DNA from: a virus
Taxonomy: Duplodnaviria > Caudoviricetes
Length of the DNA: 61,959 nt
IMG/VR virus record: IMGVR_UViG_3300005573_000100
Span: 1-61,959 of that record
Strand: one strand, 5' to 3'
Position numbers and translations under genes: made by a program. This document shows positions 28,788-37,937 of the stretch, one piece after another. The notes under the pieces are model-generated. The model was not told the DNA's origin, ran no database searches, and saw only the letters and a program-made list of their open reading frames with translations. The first letter of the stretch is position 1; each line of letters opens with the position of its first letter.

Positions 28788-29458
28788 CTAAGTTTGTTTC
28801 ATTGGTGCTTACAAAAGAACAGGAACCAAGAATTTATTTCGATAACCCAACCTCACATATAGATACCGCCATAAAAAGGAAACTACCACCAGGAAGCTAT
28901 GTGGAAGCCACGTGGACAGGCCCAGGAAAAAATAGCATAAAAATAAAATGTGATGACGGTAGAGACGAGTTATATAGATCCTGCATATTAGAAAATTTTG
29001 AAAGCTGGGATGCACTGGTCAGCAAAGTTCTGCCTCCAGGAGCTACCATCCAAGGAGACTTAGATTTATCTGGAAGTAAAATAAAGAAGCTTCCAAACGA
29101 CCTGAAGGTTACCGGCACTTTGCTCCTGCAAGGGACCGCTATAAAAGAGCTTCCAACTGGCCTGGAGGTAGGTTATGAACTAAATTTGTGTGGGACCAAG
29201 ATAACACGCCTGCCCAAGGATTTGAAAGTAAAAGGACATTTGGATCTATCGAGAAGCAAAATTAAGGAAATACCCAAAGGACTAAAAATTGGTGGCAGTT
29301 TATTCTTACAACAGTCTGCCATCAAAAAACTTCCTGAAGGTTTGGAAGTCGGTCTAAGCTTGGACTTACGCAATACAAAAATAACAAAGTTGCCAAAAAA
29401 TTTGAAGGTCTATGGTGGTATTTATCTAGCAAAAAAACAGAAAAAAGGGAGTCAGTAA
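28784..29458 (+). CDS. Leucine-rich repeat protein (20-aa repeats)
   Basis: About 6.5 tandem LPxxLxVxGxLxLxxTxIxx units; AGGAGG RBS. Confidence 0.85.
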   Translation: MTKFVSLVLTKEQEPRIYFDNPTSHIDTAIKRKLPPGSYVEATWTGPGKNSIKIKCDDGRDELYRSCILENFESWDALVSKVLPPGATIQGDLDLSGSKIKKLPNDLKVTGTLLLQGTAIKELPTGLEVGYELNLCGTKITRLPKDLKVKGHLDLSRSKIKEIPKGLKIGGSLFLQQSAIKKLPEGLEVGLSLDLRNTKITKLPKNLKVYGGIYLAKKQKKGSQ

Positions 29459-29460
29459 GA

Positions 29461-29715
29461 ATGGCCAGAAAAAGAAAAGAAAAAATCACGGAATTAGAAT
29501 GTATTCTTGATACTTGCCCAAAAAGTAAAGAAAAAGATTGGGTAGACTACAGGGACTGTATAAAATGCGCGTATTTTAGGGGACAAGAAACACCTGGAAT
29601 AAATAGATGCGCTCACCCAAAAGCCAAAAGAGAAAAAAAGGATGTACGGGAAGCGCGCAGAAGTGTGTTTAAGAAACTTCCCTACATAAACCTGGTTGGT
29701 CCTAAACGATATTGA
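29461..29715 (+). CDS. Small Cys-containing protein
   Basis: CP...CIKC...C; GGGAG RBS. Confidence 0.6.
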   Translation: MARKRKEKITELECILDTCPKSKEKDWVDYRDCIKCAYFRGQETPGINRCAHPKAKREKKDVREARRSVFKKLPYINLVGPKRY

Positions 29716-30002
29716 AATCAAAGGAGGTAATAGTGGCTAAGATAAGATGTCCTGAATGTGACAAACTTATAGAAATCAACGACTTAGATTTAACTGTAGC
29801 AAAAGTTAATGTTAAAAAAGGAAAACTTAATGCGTTAGAGCCATTCGAAGAATACTATCAAGTTACTGATGTAATATGCCCAGAATGCGGAAGTAATCTT
29901 ATAGATGAAGAATATATTGGTTTCCACGGGGATATTTCTTTTAAAGACGCCATGACCAACACTTTACTTGGGATCTTTGGGGATAAACACAAAAAGCCAT
30001 AA
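29712..30002 (+). CDS. Zinc-ribbon protein
   Basis: CPEC...CPEC; the real start may be the GTG after AGGAGG. Confidence 0.7.
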   Translation: MKSKEVIVAKIRCPECDKLIEINDLDLTVAKVNVKKGKLNALEPFEEYYQVTDVICPECGSNLIDEEYIGFHGDISFKDAMTNTLLGIFGDKHKKP

Positions 30003-30104
30003 ATTTTTTATAAAAAGATATATTTTGGGGTAACAAAGTTGTCTAAAATCAAACCTTTCTTCCCTAAAATGTAATAAAAATATAAATCTTGAAAGGAGGA
30101 ATCG

Positions 30105-30395
30105 ATGCAATCTGAAGAGGAGTGGAAGAAATATAGATGCAAAGAGTGCTCAAAAGTATCAAAAGAAAACGAATTCGAAATACACTATTCAACCATAATA
30201 ACTTATATAGGCAAAATAGACCACATCGAAGAAGCAGAAGAAGTAGATGCTTTTTATCGAGTGCACAGCATAGTGTGCCCGCATTGTGGCACTATCCTAT
30301 GGGAAAATAACATGGAAAGCGACGGAGATATTGAGGATTTACGAATGATTTCGAATATCTTTGAAGAACAGCCAGGATATTGGGAACCTGCTTGA
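30105..30395 (+). CDS. Zinc-ribbon protein
   Basis: CKEC...CPHC; similar architecture to 29712. Confidence 0.7.
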   Translation: MQSEEEWKKYRCKECSKVSKENEFEIHYSTIITYIGKIDHIEEAEEVDAFYRVHSIVCPHCGTILWENNMESDGDIEDLRMISNIFEEQPGYWEPA

Positions 30396-30405
30396 TGCTT
30401 AACTA

Positions 30406-30437
30406 GGAGGGAGAGTTAATTCCTCCCTCTTTTTTAG
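30406..30437 (+). terminator. Intrinsic terminator
   Basis: gagggag/ctccctc stem followed by TTTTTTAG. Confidence 0.7.
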
Positions 30438-32086
30438 CCTTGTCCTCTTGGTGGATAGACTGGCGGTTCAGATGTAGGAATTTGGCCTTGCTCTAATTGT
30501 TCTTTTTCTCGTTCGCTCATAGGATTTACAGGAGCTTGTTGCTGCTGTGCTTGTGCATTCTGCATCATGGCAAACTGCTGCCCCCTTGAAACTTCCTGTG
30601 TTATCTCAGTCTGCAGTTCCATCTCTTTCTTCTTTATTTTCGCCAACAGCACAAGTTCTTTCTCTTTCTTACGGATCTCCTCTTCAAGGTCAAACCCATT
30701 CTCCGCCATAAGAGTTGTAGCCGAAATCAAGCCTTGTCCATACAAGTTACCAGCCATGTTTTTCCTCTGAACATCCTCAGCCATTCTAAACTGGCTTAAC
30801 TTGACTTCTATCGGGGTCAACCCAGGATAGGCCTTTGCAACCTGTTTAATAACCCAATCTATTAGCTTCTGGTCATATTTCCTAAGAGTTAAAAGGGTAT
30901 TTTCAAGTATCCTTAAAGAAACATTAGATCCACTCCAAGACAAACCTCCATAAGCCAACTCAAGTGGTGCCCCAGTTGTAGCTATTAATTGTTTCGTCCA
31001 CTCCTGAATCTCTGGAGTAATATCATACATTTTTCCTTTTCCACCAATCTCACCAGAGCCTATGGGGATAGGTGAAATCATCACCCGCAGAGGATCTAAT
31101 CTATATCTCTGAAGATTTAATTTTATAGTATCAGACCATTTAGCTAAGTTCATTTCCCCAAGTCCTGGTATACCACCTTGCATATTGGGAAAAACGTAAC
31201 GGTACACATTAAAGTGGTCTTTCATAATATTTTCCTGAGATTGTAATGCCACTTCCATGTGATGCATTTTTCTAAGTGCAAAATATAAGATTGGGATCCC
31301 CCACCCAGGAAATAGTGATGATAATATAGGTGAGCGCATGTGGAAAACTTTGTCAGAATCAAGACGCATACTTTTTCCTTTGACAAGCGCTCTAATATAA
31401 TCTATCGGAAACCCCATCCAATACTCAAAGTCATCGGGTGTCTTTGGATTTAACAACCTCTGATTTCTTGATGCAGTAACAACATATACGGATGTATCAG
31501 CTATATTGTTATATTGAATGTCTATGGTTTTTAGGTCCCACATGATAAGATTAACACGCCCAGGCAGGACAAGCTCTTCTATTATTTTAGCCCCATAGCT
31601 ACTAGAACACCTAGAACAGGTCATGCGCACGTCGTGGTCGTCCTTTCCTCTTCCGATTACAACCTCAAAATTTGGCTTTGGTGTAGCGATCAATGTTACC
31701 TTCTCTCTGCAGTGTGGGCAAATAACAACTTTCCTGGTTTCAAAGTTAGGTGTAAGTATCGTATTCCCATATAGGATATAATTCAAATTGTAGTCACCCA
31801 AAACCTCTGGAAAATCAAGCTGATCTAATAATATCTTCTTCCACTCTTTTACTCGTGCTGTAAGTTCAGTATCTGGTGGGAATACTAAATCTGTTATTGG
31901 ATATTCAGCTAGTTTTTTAAAAACACCCATAATAACATCCAAAGAAGAAAGGCTTTTTTCAATACGTACGAATACATCTTTTATATTTGTTGGCGGAACA
32001 TATTCTCGTTCCAAAGGAGTTTTCTTTGTATCAGTAGTAGGTAGTAATGATCTGATAATTTCAAGTAGTGTCTGAGAATCAGCCAT
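30434..32086 (-). CDS. Portal protein (with Zn-ribbon insertion)
   Basis: KLAEYPIT, YILYGN, KVFHMR...GWGIPIL, GAPLELAYGG..WS, GLISATTL...GFD.EEE, Q-rich tail; CPHC..CSRC insertion. Confidence 0.7.
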   Translation of the reverse strand: MADSQTLLEIIRSLLPTTDTKKTPLEREYVPPTNIKDVFVRIEKSLSSLDVIMGVFKKLAEYPITDLVFPPDTELTARVKEWKKILLDQLDFPEVLGDYNLNYILYGNTILTPNFETRKVVICPHCREKVTLIATPKPNFEVVIGRGKDDHDVRMTCSRCSSSYGAKIIEELVLPGRVNLIMWDLKTIDIQYNNIADTSVYVVTASRNQRLLNPKTPDDFEYWMGFPIDYIRALVKGKSMRLDSDKVFHMRSPILSSLFPGWGIPILYFALRKMHHMEVALQSQENIMKDHFNVYRYVFPNMQGGIPGLGEMNLAKWSDTIKLNLQRYRLDPLRVMISPIPIGSGEIGGKGKMYDITPEIQEWTKQLIATTGAPLELAYGGLSWSGSNVSLRILENTLLTLRKYDQKLIDWVIKQVAKAYPGLTPIEVKLSQFRMAEDVQRKNMAGNLYGQGLISATTLMAENGFDLEEEIRKKEKELVLLAKIKKKEMELQTEITQEVSRGQQFAMMQNAQAQQQQAPVNPMSEREKEQLEQGQIPTSEPPVYPPRGQG

Positions 32087-32657
32087 TGATTAACTCCTTA
32101 TCCTTATCAATTTTGCGTTTCTTTATGTCCAAATAAAGTTCTATAGAAGCAATCTTCTCCTTTTGAGCAGGTGGCATTATCCCTTTATCTTTCCATATAT
32201 TTTGAAGAGCCTTACCATAATCGGAAACAAGCTCGTCTAAGTAGGGCTGAACAAAATCTAATGATGGTGGAGCGAAGATGAGACCAAAATCAAACAACGA
32301 CGCTGCAATATATCGTTTAACCTCGTCCGAGAGACCTTCCTTCCCCATCAGGTAGACAGAATATGAGATTTCTCCTGGACTTGCTTCCTCGATGCGGTCA
32401 AAAGAAGGAACACGGTCATTCAACCCAATGGTTACTTTCTCGAACACAAAAAAATCATCTTTAGGAAAATCAGTGGTTTTTAGAGTAACATATGCCTCAA
32501 GCTTATTAAGACCGGCCTGATCAAGTTTTATGCCTTGTTCTTCTAATAGCTTCGCACGGTCGTCAGGCGCGAGTGCTTGCCAATCTTTACCAAGTTTCCT
32601 TTCACACAACTCTGCAAGCACTGGTGGCTCCAACCTAGAATAAGGAATTTCAACCAT
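32079..32657 (-). CDS. Hypothetical head-region protein
   Basis: Overlaps the portal start; KIAS motif. Confidence 0.65.
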   Translation of the reverse strand: MVEIPYSRLEPPVLAELCERKLGKDWQALAPDDRAKLLEEQGIKLDQAGLNKLEAYVTLKTTDFPKDDFFVFEKVTIGLNDRVPSFDRIEEASPGEISYSVYLMGKEGLSDEVKRYIAASLFDFGLIFAPPSLDFVQPYLDELVSDYGKALQNIWKDKGIMPPAQKEKIASIELYLDIKKRKIDKDKELING

Positions 32658-33243
32658 TTATAAGCTTTCTTACAAGATATTGTGCCGGCTCAGAAAGTTT
32701 TCCGACTTCATTGACATTAAGCATGCTCTTGTATGGGTCTTTAAATAGTTTAGTATTAGCAAGCTTAGACAAAACCTTAGAAGCTTTATCCATCTCTATT
32801 GGCTCGCCAGCTATCTTAATAGCATACACATCTTTGATGTAGGTAAAAATAGATTGCCATGGGTCCGGTATCAATGATCCCCAATATCTGTCTCCACCAG
32901 TCTCTACATCAAACTTTTCTAGCTCAGCGGCCAGCTTTCTTAAATCTTTTTTATTAAATTCAACAAGAGACGCTAGTTTCTCTTGGTCTTTTGGAGACAG
33001 AAAGTTCTTTCGCATCATAACCAATTCTTTCCATTCCGGTCTGATGTCGGTCGGGACAGCCCTTTCAATCTCAGGCGGAACAGAAATACCTGATGCAGAT
33101 GCCTGCTTGACAAGATTCTCTGCAAAAGTTACTCTGTCCGTCGGACTAAAACGGTCTTCGAATTTCTTAAAATAATCAATAGCTTGCTCAATCTGTTCCT
33201 TTGTATCTAATGGATACTTTTGTTTGTCTGGAAGTGCATACAT
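32650..33243 (-). CDS. Putative virion protein with YALP..KYPL motif (resembles the motif in 37934)
   Basis: YALPDKQKYPLDTKEQIEQAIDYF; KQAS and KLAS; AGGAGG RBS. Confidence 0.6.
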   Translation of the reverse strand: MYALPDKQKYPLDTKEQIEQAIDYFKKFEDRFSPTDRVTFAENLVKQASASGISVPPEIERAVPTDIRPEWKELVMMRKNFLSPKDQEKLASLVEFNKKDLRKLAAELEKFDVETGGDRYWGSLIPDPWQSIFTYIKDVYAIKIAGEPIEMDKASKVLSKLANTKLFKDPYKSMLNVNEVGKLSEPAQYLVRKLING

Positions 33244-33305
33244 CTTCCGATTCCTCCTATTTAAATTAGTTTCGCACTAAACACTAAAAAAGTCAACTTG
33301 AATTA

Positions 33306-34028
33306 CTACTTTCTACCTAGCTCAACGAATGCGAATCCAGACAGCTGGCCTGGGTCAAACTGAAAATCTGTTGAGTATTCCCCCCTTACTCCAGCAGAAA
33401 TCCTGAATTTTGAACTCCCAAAACGGACCGGAACATACTCCAACTCAACTCTTAACCCTGTAGGGGTAGCCCCACCTCTTAAAACCATTTCATTTGCAAA
33501 ACTTACTGGAGGTTCCGGGGTAGTTTGTATGTATTTTTTGCACTTGTCTAGGTCTTTTGTGCAGTTCTGTAGCGATGACGTGCATTCTTCAAGACTTTTA
33601 GTCCTTGAATTAAGGTCTCCAGATATAGTTTCTGTTACTTTAGGAGGAACCTTCTCTGGATAATAGCAGTCATCTATATCTACAACGATTTTTCCGTCAG
33701 CTAATTCAAGATGGAGAGGTAATTTGCAATATTTTGAGCAGTCTGAGCAATTAAAGGATTGTGGTTTCCCAGGTTTAGGCACTACATGACTAGTAGCCTT
33801 AGCCTTTTTAAGGTCATCTGCAAGTCTTTTGTTCTCTTCAGCGTATTTTTCAACATCTTGCTTATACTTCTCATTATCTCGCTTATACTGTTCATTGCTC
33901 TTTTTCAATTCTTCAGCCACTATCTTGGCTTTTTCTGCTTTTTTAGCGGTGTCATACCACCAAATAGCATTAGCTATGAGTAAAAGAACCCCGGCAATTA
34001 TAAAAGTTATCTTTAATTTCGTGGACAA
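33306..34028 (-). CDS. N-terminally anchored coiled-coil protein (spanin-like?)
   Basis: TM segment ITFIIAGVLLLIANAIWWY, long coiled-coil, Cys residues, beta-rich C-terminus. Confidence 0.5.
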   Translation of the reverse strand: MSTKLKITFIIAGVLLLIANAIWWYDTAKKAEKAKIVAEELKKSNEQYKRDNEKYKQDVEKYAEENKRLADDLKKAKATSHVVPKPGKPQSFNCSDCSKYCKLPLHLELADGKIVVDIDDCYYPEKVPPKVTETISGDLNSRTKSLEECTSSLQNCTKDLDKCKKYIQTTPEPPVSFANEMVLRGGATPTGLRVELEYVPVRFGSSKFRISAGVRGEYSTDFQFDPGQLSGFAFVELGRK

Positions 34029-34038
34029 TTACTCAACC

Positions 34039-34302
34039 TCAATTATTCGGTTGTTCAAAAGTATCTTTAAGAGCCTTAAGAATGCCCGGTAATTGGTCAA
34101 GAAGCACTATACCTAGATATGCCTTATTAGCAATCAGATTAGAACGCAGTTTTTCGACTAATTCTTGGTTGTCTGGGTTATTCAACTGTTCATAAATATA
34201 GTCAACAGCATCCTTTGCAATCCCTGACACAACCTCAATAACCTTGAAGACACTAAAAAAGTTTGAGACACCTTCTGCTAGTTTCTTTTCCAGATCCGAC
34301 AT
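34039..34302 (-). CDS. Hypothetical protein
   Basis: AGGAGGT RBS; own promoter TTGATT-16-TAGAAT at 34325..34352. Confidence 0.7.
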   Translation of the reverse strand: MSDLEKKLAEGVSNFFSVFKVIEVVSGIAKDAVDYIYEQLNNPDNQELVEKLRSNLIANKAYLGIVLLDQLPGILKALKDTFEQPNN

Positions 34303-34366
34303 GATACAATACCTCCTTATTTTGATTCTAAGGTAAAATTCAAGAAAATCAAGTGTCTATTTTTGT

Positions 34367-34384
34367 TATAAATAGTAATGAAAG
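34367..34384 (+). promoter_or_regulatory. Class A motif (TATAA-N7-TGAAAG)
   Basis: tttttgtTATAAatagtaaTGAAAGgagg. Confidence 0.6.
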
Positions 34385-34395
34385 GAGGTTAAAAG

Positions 34396-34464
34396 ATGGG
34401 TTTCACATTTGGGATGTGGAAATGGATAGAAGAAATTTTAGAAACCTCAAGAAAAAGTAAGTAA
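34396..34464 (+). CDS. 22-aa peptide in its own transcription unit
   Basis: AAGGAGGT RBS; MGFTFGMWKWIEEILETSRKSK*; promoter motif upstream and terminator downstream. Confidence 0.5.
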   Translation: MGFTFGMWKWIEEILETSRKSK

Positions 34465-34504
34465 AAGAAGTAAAAATACTTCCTTTCGTAAAAAATAAAA
34501 AACA

Positions 34505-34531
34505 GGGAAAGTTTCTTTCCCCTTTTTTTAG
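34505..34531 (+). terminator. Intrinsic terminator
   Basis: gggaaag-ttt-ctttccc followed by TTTTTTTAG. Confidence 0.7.
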
Positions 34532-34549
34532 CCTGCAGCAGCGTTAAAA

Positions 34550-34807
34550 TTATCTTCTTGAATCTAACTTCTGCTCAATCCTGTCAAGTTGCTTCTGCAT
34601 AGCTGACTGCTTGGCATTTATCGCTTCAAGTTGTGCAGTTAGTTCATTTCTACTGATAAACTTGTCGTATGCTTCTGCACGATTGACATACTGCTCCTGT
34701 AGACCTACAAGTTTTCCATAAGCAACTGCCACAGCGATTATTACGAAAACAACATTAATTATTAGTGATACAGTCCAACGTACCCAATCACCATTCCGCT
34801 CGGTCAT
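34550..34807 (-). CDS. Small TM + coiled-coil protein (holin-like?)
   Basis: WTVSLIINVVFVIIAVAVAYG followed by heptads ending LDRIEQKLD. Confidence 0.5.
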   Translation of the reverse strand: MTERNGDWVRWTVSLIINVVFVIIAVAVAYGKLVGLQEQYVNRAEAYDKFISRNELTAQLEAINAKQSAMQKQLDRIEQKLDSRR

Positions 34808-34817
34808 TTTTTACCCT

Positions 34818-35549
34818 CTATACACCGAAGCCGAGAACATTGCCAGCAACCTTCCTAACAGTATCCATTATACTTATTGTCTCTGTAGGGACTAACTTCA
34901 TGGCTAAAGGCTGCAGAGTTACATTTTCTTGAATTACTATATTATTAGCATCAACCGCCATACTTGTGCCGGTTACAAAAGCTCTTTCGAAATACACAAC
35001 TGAACTGGTTTGTTCTGAAGTATTTCTCAGAACTAGCATTATACCAATTGGTTGTGCAAAAAGATCTGAGGCCAATTCAGCAAAAAACTGGTCAGTACCT
35101 GGACTTAGGAATACATCATTGCAGAAAAGATCATAATCCTTAAATCTGTCGTACAGAGGCTCTATATCAACAGTGCTTCCATAATTTTTAGGGTTGCGAT
35201 AATATGCGTACATCAAACGAAGAAGGCTGGCTCCATCATACCACACTTTCCCAAGTTGGATTTGCATAACTCTACGCCCCGTTATGTTGTATGTGGCTTT
35301 AGACCCTAATTCGTTTATGATGAATTGCTGAAGGTTAGCTCCAAAACCAAATGTCTGGACAACTCCAAGAGGCATCACAACTGCACTAGCCTTTTGAGGT
35401 CCTGTAGAAGCCGAACTATCTGGTAACGCCAAAGATGGTGGTCCGGCACAGATAATCGAGCTCATCCCACTTAAATATACTCCATCCCTACACAAAGGAT
35501 CCAGTTTATTGAATGTCTGACAAATCCAATTATCAAAATTTAAGGACAT
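34818..35549 (-). CDS. Tail tube protein
   Basis: Directly follows the sheath; LGVVQTF.....QQ..INELGS...Y.ITG, YFERAFV..SM.VDA...VIQENV.L. Confidence 0.7.
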   Translation of the reverse strand: MSLNFDNWICQTFNKLDPLCRDGVYLSGMSSIICAGPPSLALPDSSASTGPQKASAVVMPLGVVQTFGFGANLQQFIINELGSKATYNITGRRVMQIQLGKVWYDGASLLRLMYAYYRNPKNYGSTVDIEPLYDRFKDYDLFCNDVFLSPGTDQFFAELASDLFAQPIGIMLVLRNTSEQTSSVVYFERAFVTGTSMAVDANNIVIQENVTLQPLAMKLVPTETISIMDTVRKVAGNVLGFGV

Positions 35550-35562
35550 TCTCTGTCACCTC

Positions 35563-37260
35563 CTAAATGATTAAAGTAACGTCAATCCCAACCACAGGCT
35601 TTATAGTCTGTATGTTAATCTTCACAACCGCTCTGCTTGGATCTGTTGGGGATTGACCTATCTCAAGAACATTGGCTTTGCCAATAATTCCAGAGGTCAT
35701 TGCGTCCTCGCAAATTATATGCACAAGAGGAGCTAACTGCGTACTAATAAAAGTAGGTGTCAGTTCCCTTTCCCTCAATAATGGAGTGCAAGCTCTAAGG
35801 ATCTTGGCAGATATGTAATCAACTTGGCTTGTGCAGTTCTCCTCCAATTTATCGATAGTGCTAGTGTCTGTGGAAATGGCTCTTCCAAGAATTACCGTAT
35901 CGCCAGCATTGAGCTCTACACATACACCACCATCAAGAACATATCTAAGTGCTGTCTCAGAGAACTCATCGTTAGACCCGACAGCCCCTGAAAATATAGG
36001 ATTAGGCTTTCCTTGTAAAGTCTTTTCTGGGCGCATAGAGCATCTCTGTGCTGCCCTAATTGCTGCATCATAGTAGCCATTTACCTCTGTTTCAACACCA
36101 TCGATAGTCATAAGGAATTTGTTAGGATAAAATAGATGAACAGCTAAGTTACTATACCCCTTTCCTATTTCTCCTACAGCCTCCAAAACATCCGTTCGAT
36201 TAGTAAAATCAGCCCCGGGGTTTTTCAATGACCAAACAGCGTCAACCCAGTTTTGATCAAGAGGGTCGGTCAGAGTAATTGTAAAACCGGAAACAGAATC
36301 AACTGCATAGTCCTTGGCAGTGCCACCAGAGCTTAATCGAACCGTAGTAGAGTCGTTGACTTTGGTCTTTATGCTTTCAAGATTTACATCTACTGTCAAT
36401 GTGCTCTCATCTTTAGTTCCGTTGGCTCTTGCACCTGAAGCCAAGGTTTCATCCGGGTATTTTGTTGGTCTATCCAAACAGGCGAATAGCTTTCTCCATT
36501 TTCCGACATCAGGTTGCCGCATGTTATCAACATGGGATACAAAATATCCGATATAGCTTGGGTTAAAAGTAAGGGGGGTAACTGTATAAATGTTGCGTTC
36601 ATTCTCAAGAATCTCAGCAGCCGCCGCGTAAGATTCTTCGTCCCCATCTATACTGGTGATAACCCCATTGTTCACTGTTAAAACTATGTTCCTCGTCCCA
36701 ATGGCGTACACTGGTATATTGGCTGCAGACTGCATCAGGTAGGCGGCAAATGCTAAAGGATTACGCAAATCAATTGGACCCAACAGATTCTCAATGTCAG
36801 ATATAGATTCAACCCAAACTCCTGTACCGTGTTCTCCTGTAATAGTCAGAGACGGACATACAGAAGTTCTCGTGGCCAAATACTGGATATACACATCGAC
36901 CTTGGCTCCCACATCGAGATCGCCAGCACCTCCTTTAATTGTAACCGAATCAGAAGATGGTGTAAATTCAGTATCGTCCAATTCGTAGTATGTTTTATCT
37001 CCGAATAGGAAAAAAACTCGTACAGACTCCGTCAGAACCTCAGCATCTGAATGTATGCTGGGGTATGAAACAACTGTATCATCGGCTGTCCCTACGTACT
37101 CACCAGCATAGGCATCCGTATTGAAACCTCCAGTCCTGTTCAAAAAATCAACAATGTAAACACAAGGACCTACAATGGCTGGAACCCTAAGAGGCCTATA
37201 GCTCGGTGGGGTTACACTTTCGTACTGTTGAGTTACCGTTACTTTCGGAAAGTCTAACAT
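35563..37260 (-). CDS. Contractile tail sheath protein
   Basis: PKVTVTQ...VPAIVG N-terminus; NPLAFAA; C-terminal GGV...AISTD, DP.RAVVKINI..KPV.GIDVTLII. Confidence 0.8.
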   Translation of the reverse strand: MLDFPKVTVTQQYESVTPPSYRPLRVPAIVGPCVYIVDFLNRTGGFNTDAYAGEYVGTADDTVVSYPSIHSDAEVLTESVRVFFLFGDKTYYELDDTEFTPSSDSVTIKGGAGDLDVGAKVDVYIQYLATRTSVCPSLTITGEHGTGVWVESISDIENLLGPIDLRNPLAFAAYLMQSAANIPVYAIGTRNIVLTVNNGVITSIDGDEESYAAAAEILENERNIYTVTPLTFNPSYIGYFVSHVDNMRQPDVGKWRKLFACLDRPTKYPDETLASGARANGTKDESTLTVDVNLESIKTKVNDSTTVRLSSGGTAKDYAVDSVSGFTITLTDPLDQNWVDAVWSLKNPGADFTNRTDVLEAVGEIGKGYSNLAVHLFYPNKFLMTIDGVETEVNGYYDAAIRAAQRCSMRPEKTLQGKPNPIFSGAVGSNDEFSETALRYVLDGGVCVELNAGDTVILGRAISTDTSTIDKLEENCTSQVDYISAKILRACTPLLRERELTPTFISTQLAPLVHIICEDAMTSGIIGKANVLEIGQSPTDPSRAVVKINIQTIKPVVGIDVTLII

Positions 37261-37937
37261 TATTCTTCCTCCACTTTAATATCGTTAAAATCATGAGGAG
37301 GAATATTATAACCAGTAATAGGTTCTCCTTCCTCCTCTCGTGCAAGAGTATCCTTAAGATTCGGATTTCTTGCTAACCATTGATCAACTATAGCCAATTG
37401 AAAAGTTGTAACACATGCATAGTAAGGGGGAACACCCTCTTGACTACCAGACTGGACTGGACTCAAAGATTCATTAAAAATCGCATGACAATGTGCAAGT
37501 AAAAATTCCTTCCATATACGAATAGCGCTTCTAATTGTGCATGCCAGCAGTTCAGCTTCAAGATAGCTGCGAGACCTGACTTCTATCCAGATAGGAATGA
37601 TCTCGATGTTGGAAAACAGATTCGCTCCCTTAGCCGGAACAGCTACCATGTTTCCAGCTGCTGGATAACTAGCCACCGTATCTCTCCCAACGATAACTTG
37701 AGGAGACCTAGCCAGTTCTGGTTTGGCATCAACAAAGCAATCGTGAATCTGGATCTGAGTAACATTTGGATCCGGGTGATACAAATAATCCCCATCAGTC
37801 CGGTTGCCAAAGAACCAGCGTAAAAAAGAAAGGACTAACTTACGCGCAAAAATAGCAGGAGGACTGACATCATTCCTTAGCTCAGGAAGTTTAGCCAGTT
37901 TGGCAAAGTCACGGCCTTTTGGCAGGACTTCCGTCAT
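37260..37937 (-). CDS. Putative tail terminator / head-tail completion protein
   Basis: Immediately upstream of the sheath; P.VIVGR, IEVRSRS.LEAE.LA. Confidence 0.5.
   Translation of the reverse strand: MTEVLPKGRDFAKLAKLPELRNDVSPPAIFARKLVLSFLRWFFGNRTDGDYLYHPDPNVTQIQIHDCFVDAKPELARSPQVIVGRDTVASYPAAGNMVAVPAKGANLFSNIEIIPIWIEVRSRSYLEAELLACTIRSAIRIWKEFLLAHCHAIFNESLSPVQSGSQEGVPPYYACVTTFQLAIVDQWLARNPNLKDTLAREEEGEPITGYNIPPHDFNDIKVEEE

Noticed and set aside
33268-33296. Sigma70 promoter upstream of 33243
   Set aside because: Good -35 (TTGACT) but the -10 position reads GAAACT; too weak to list
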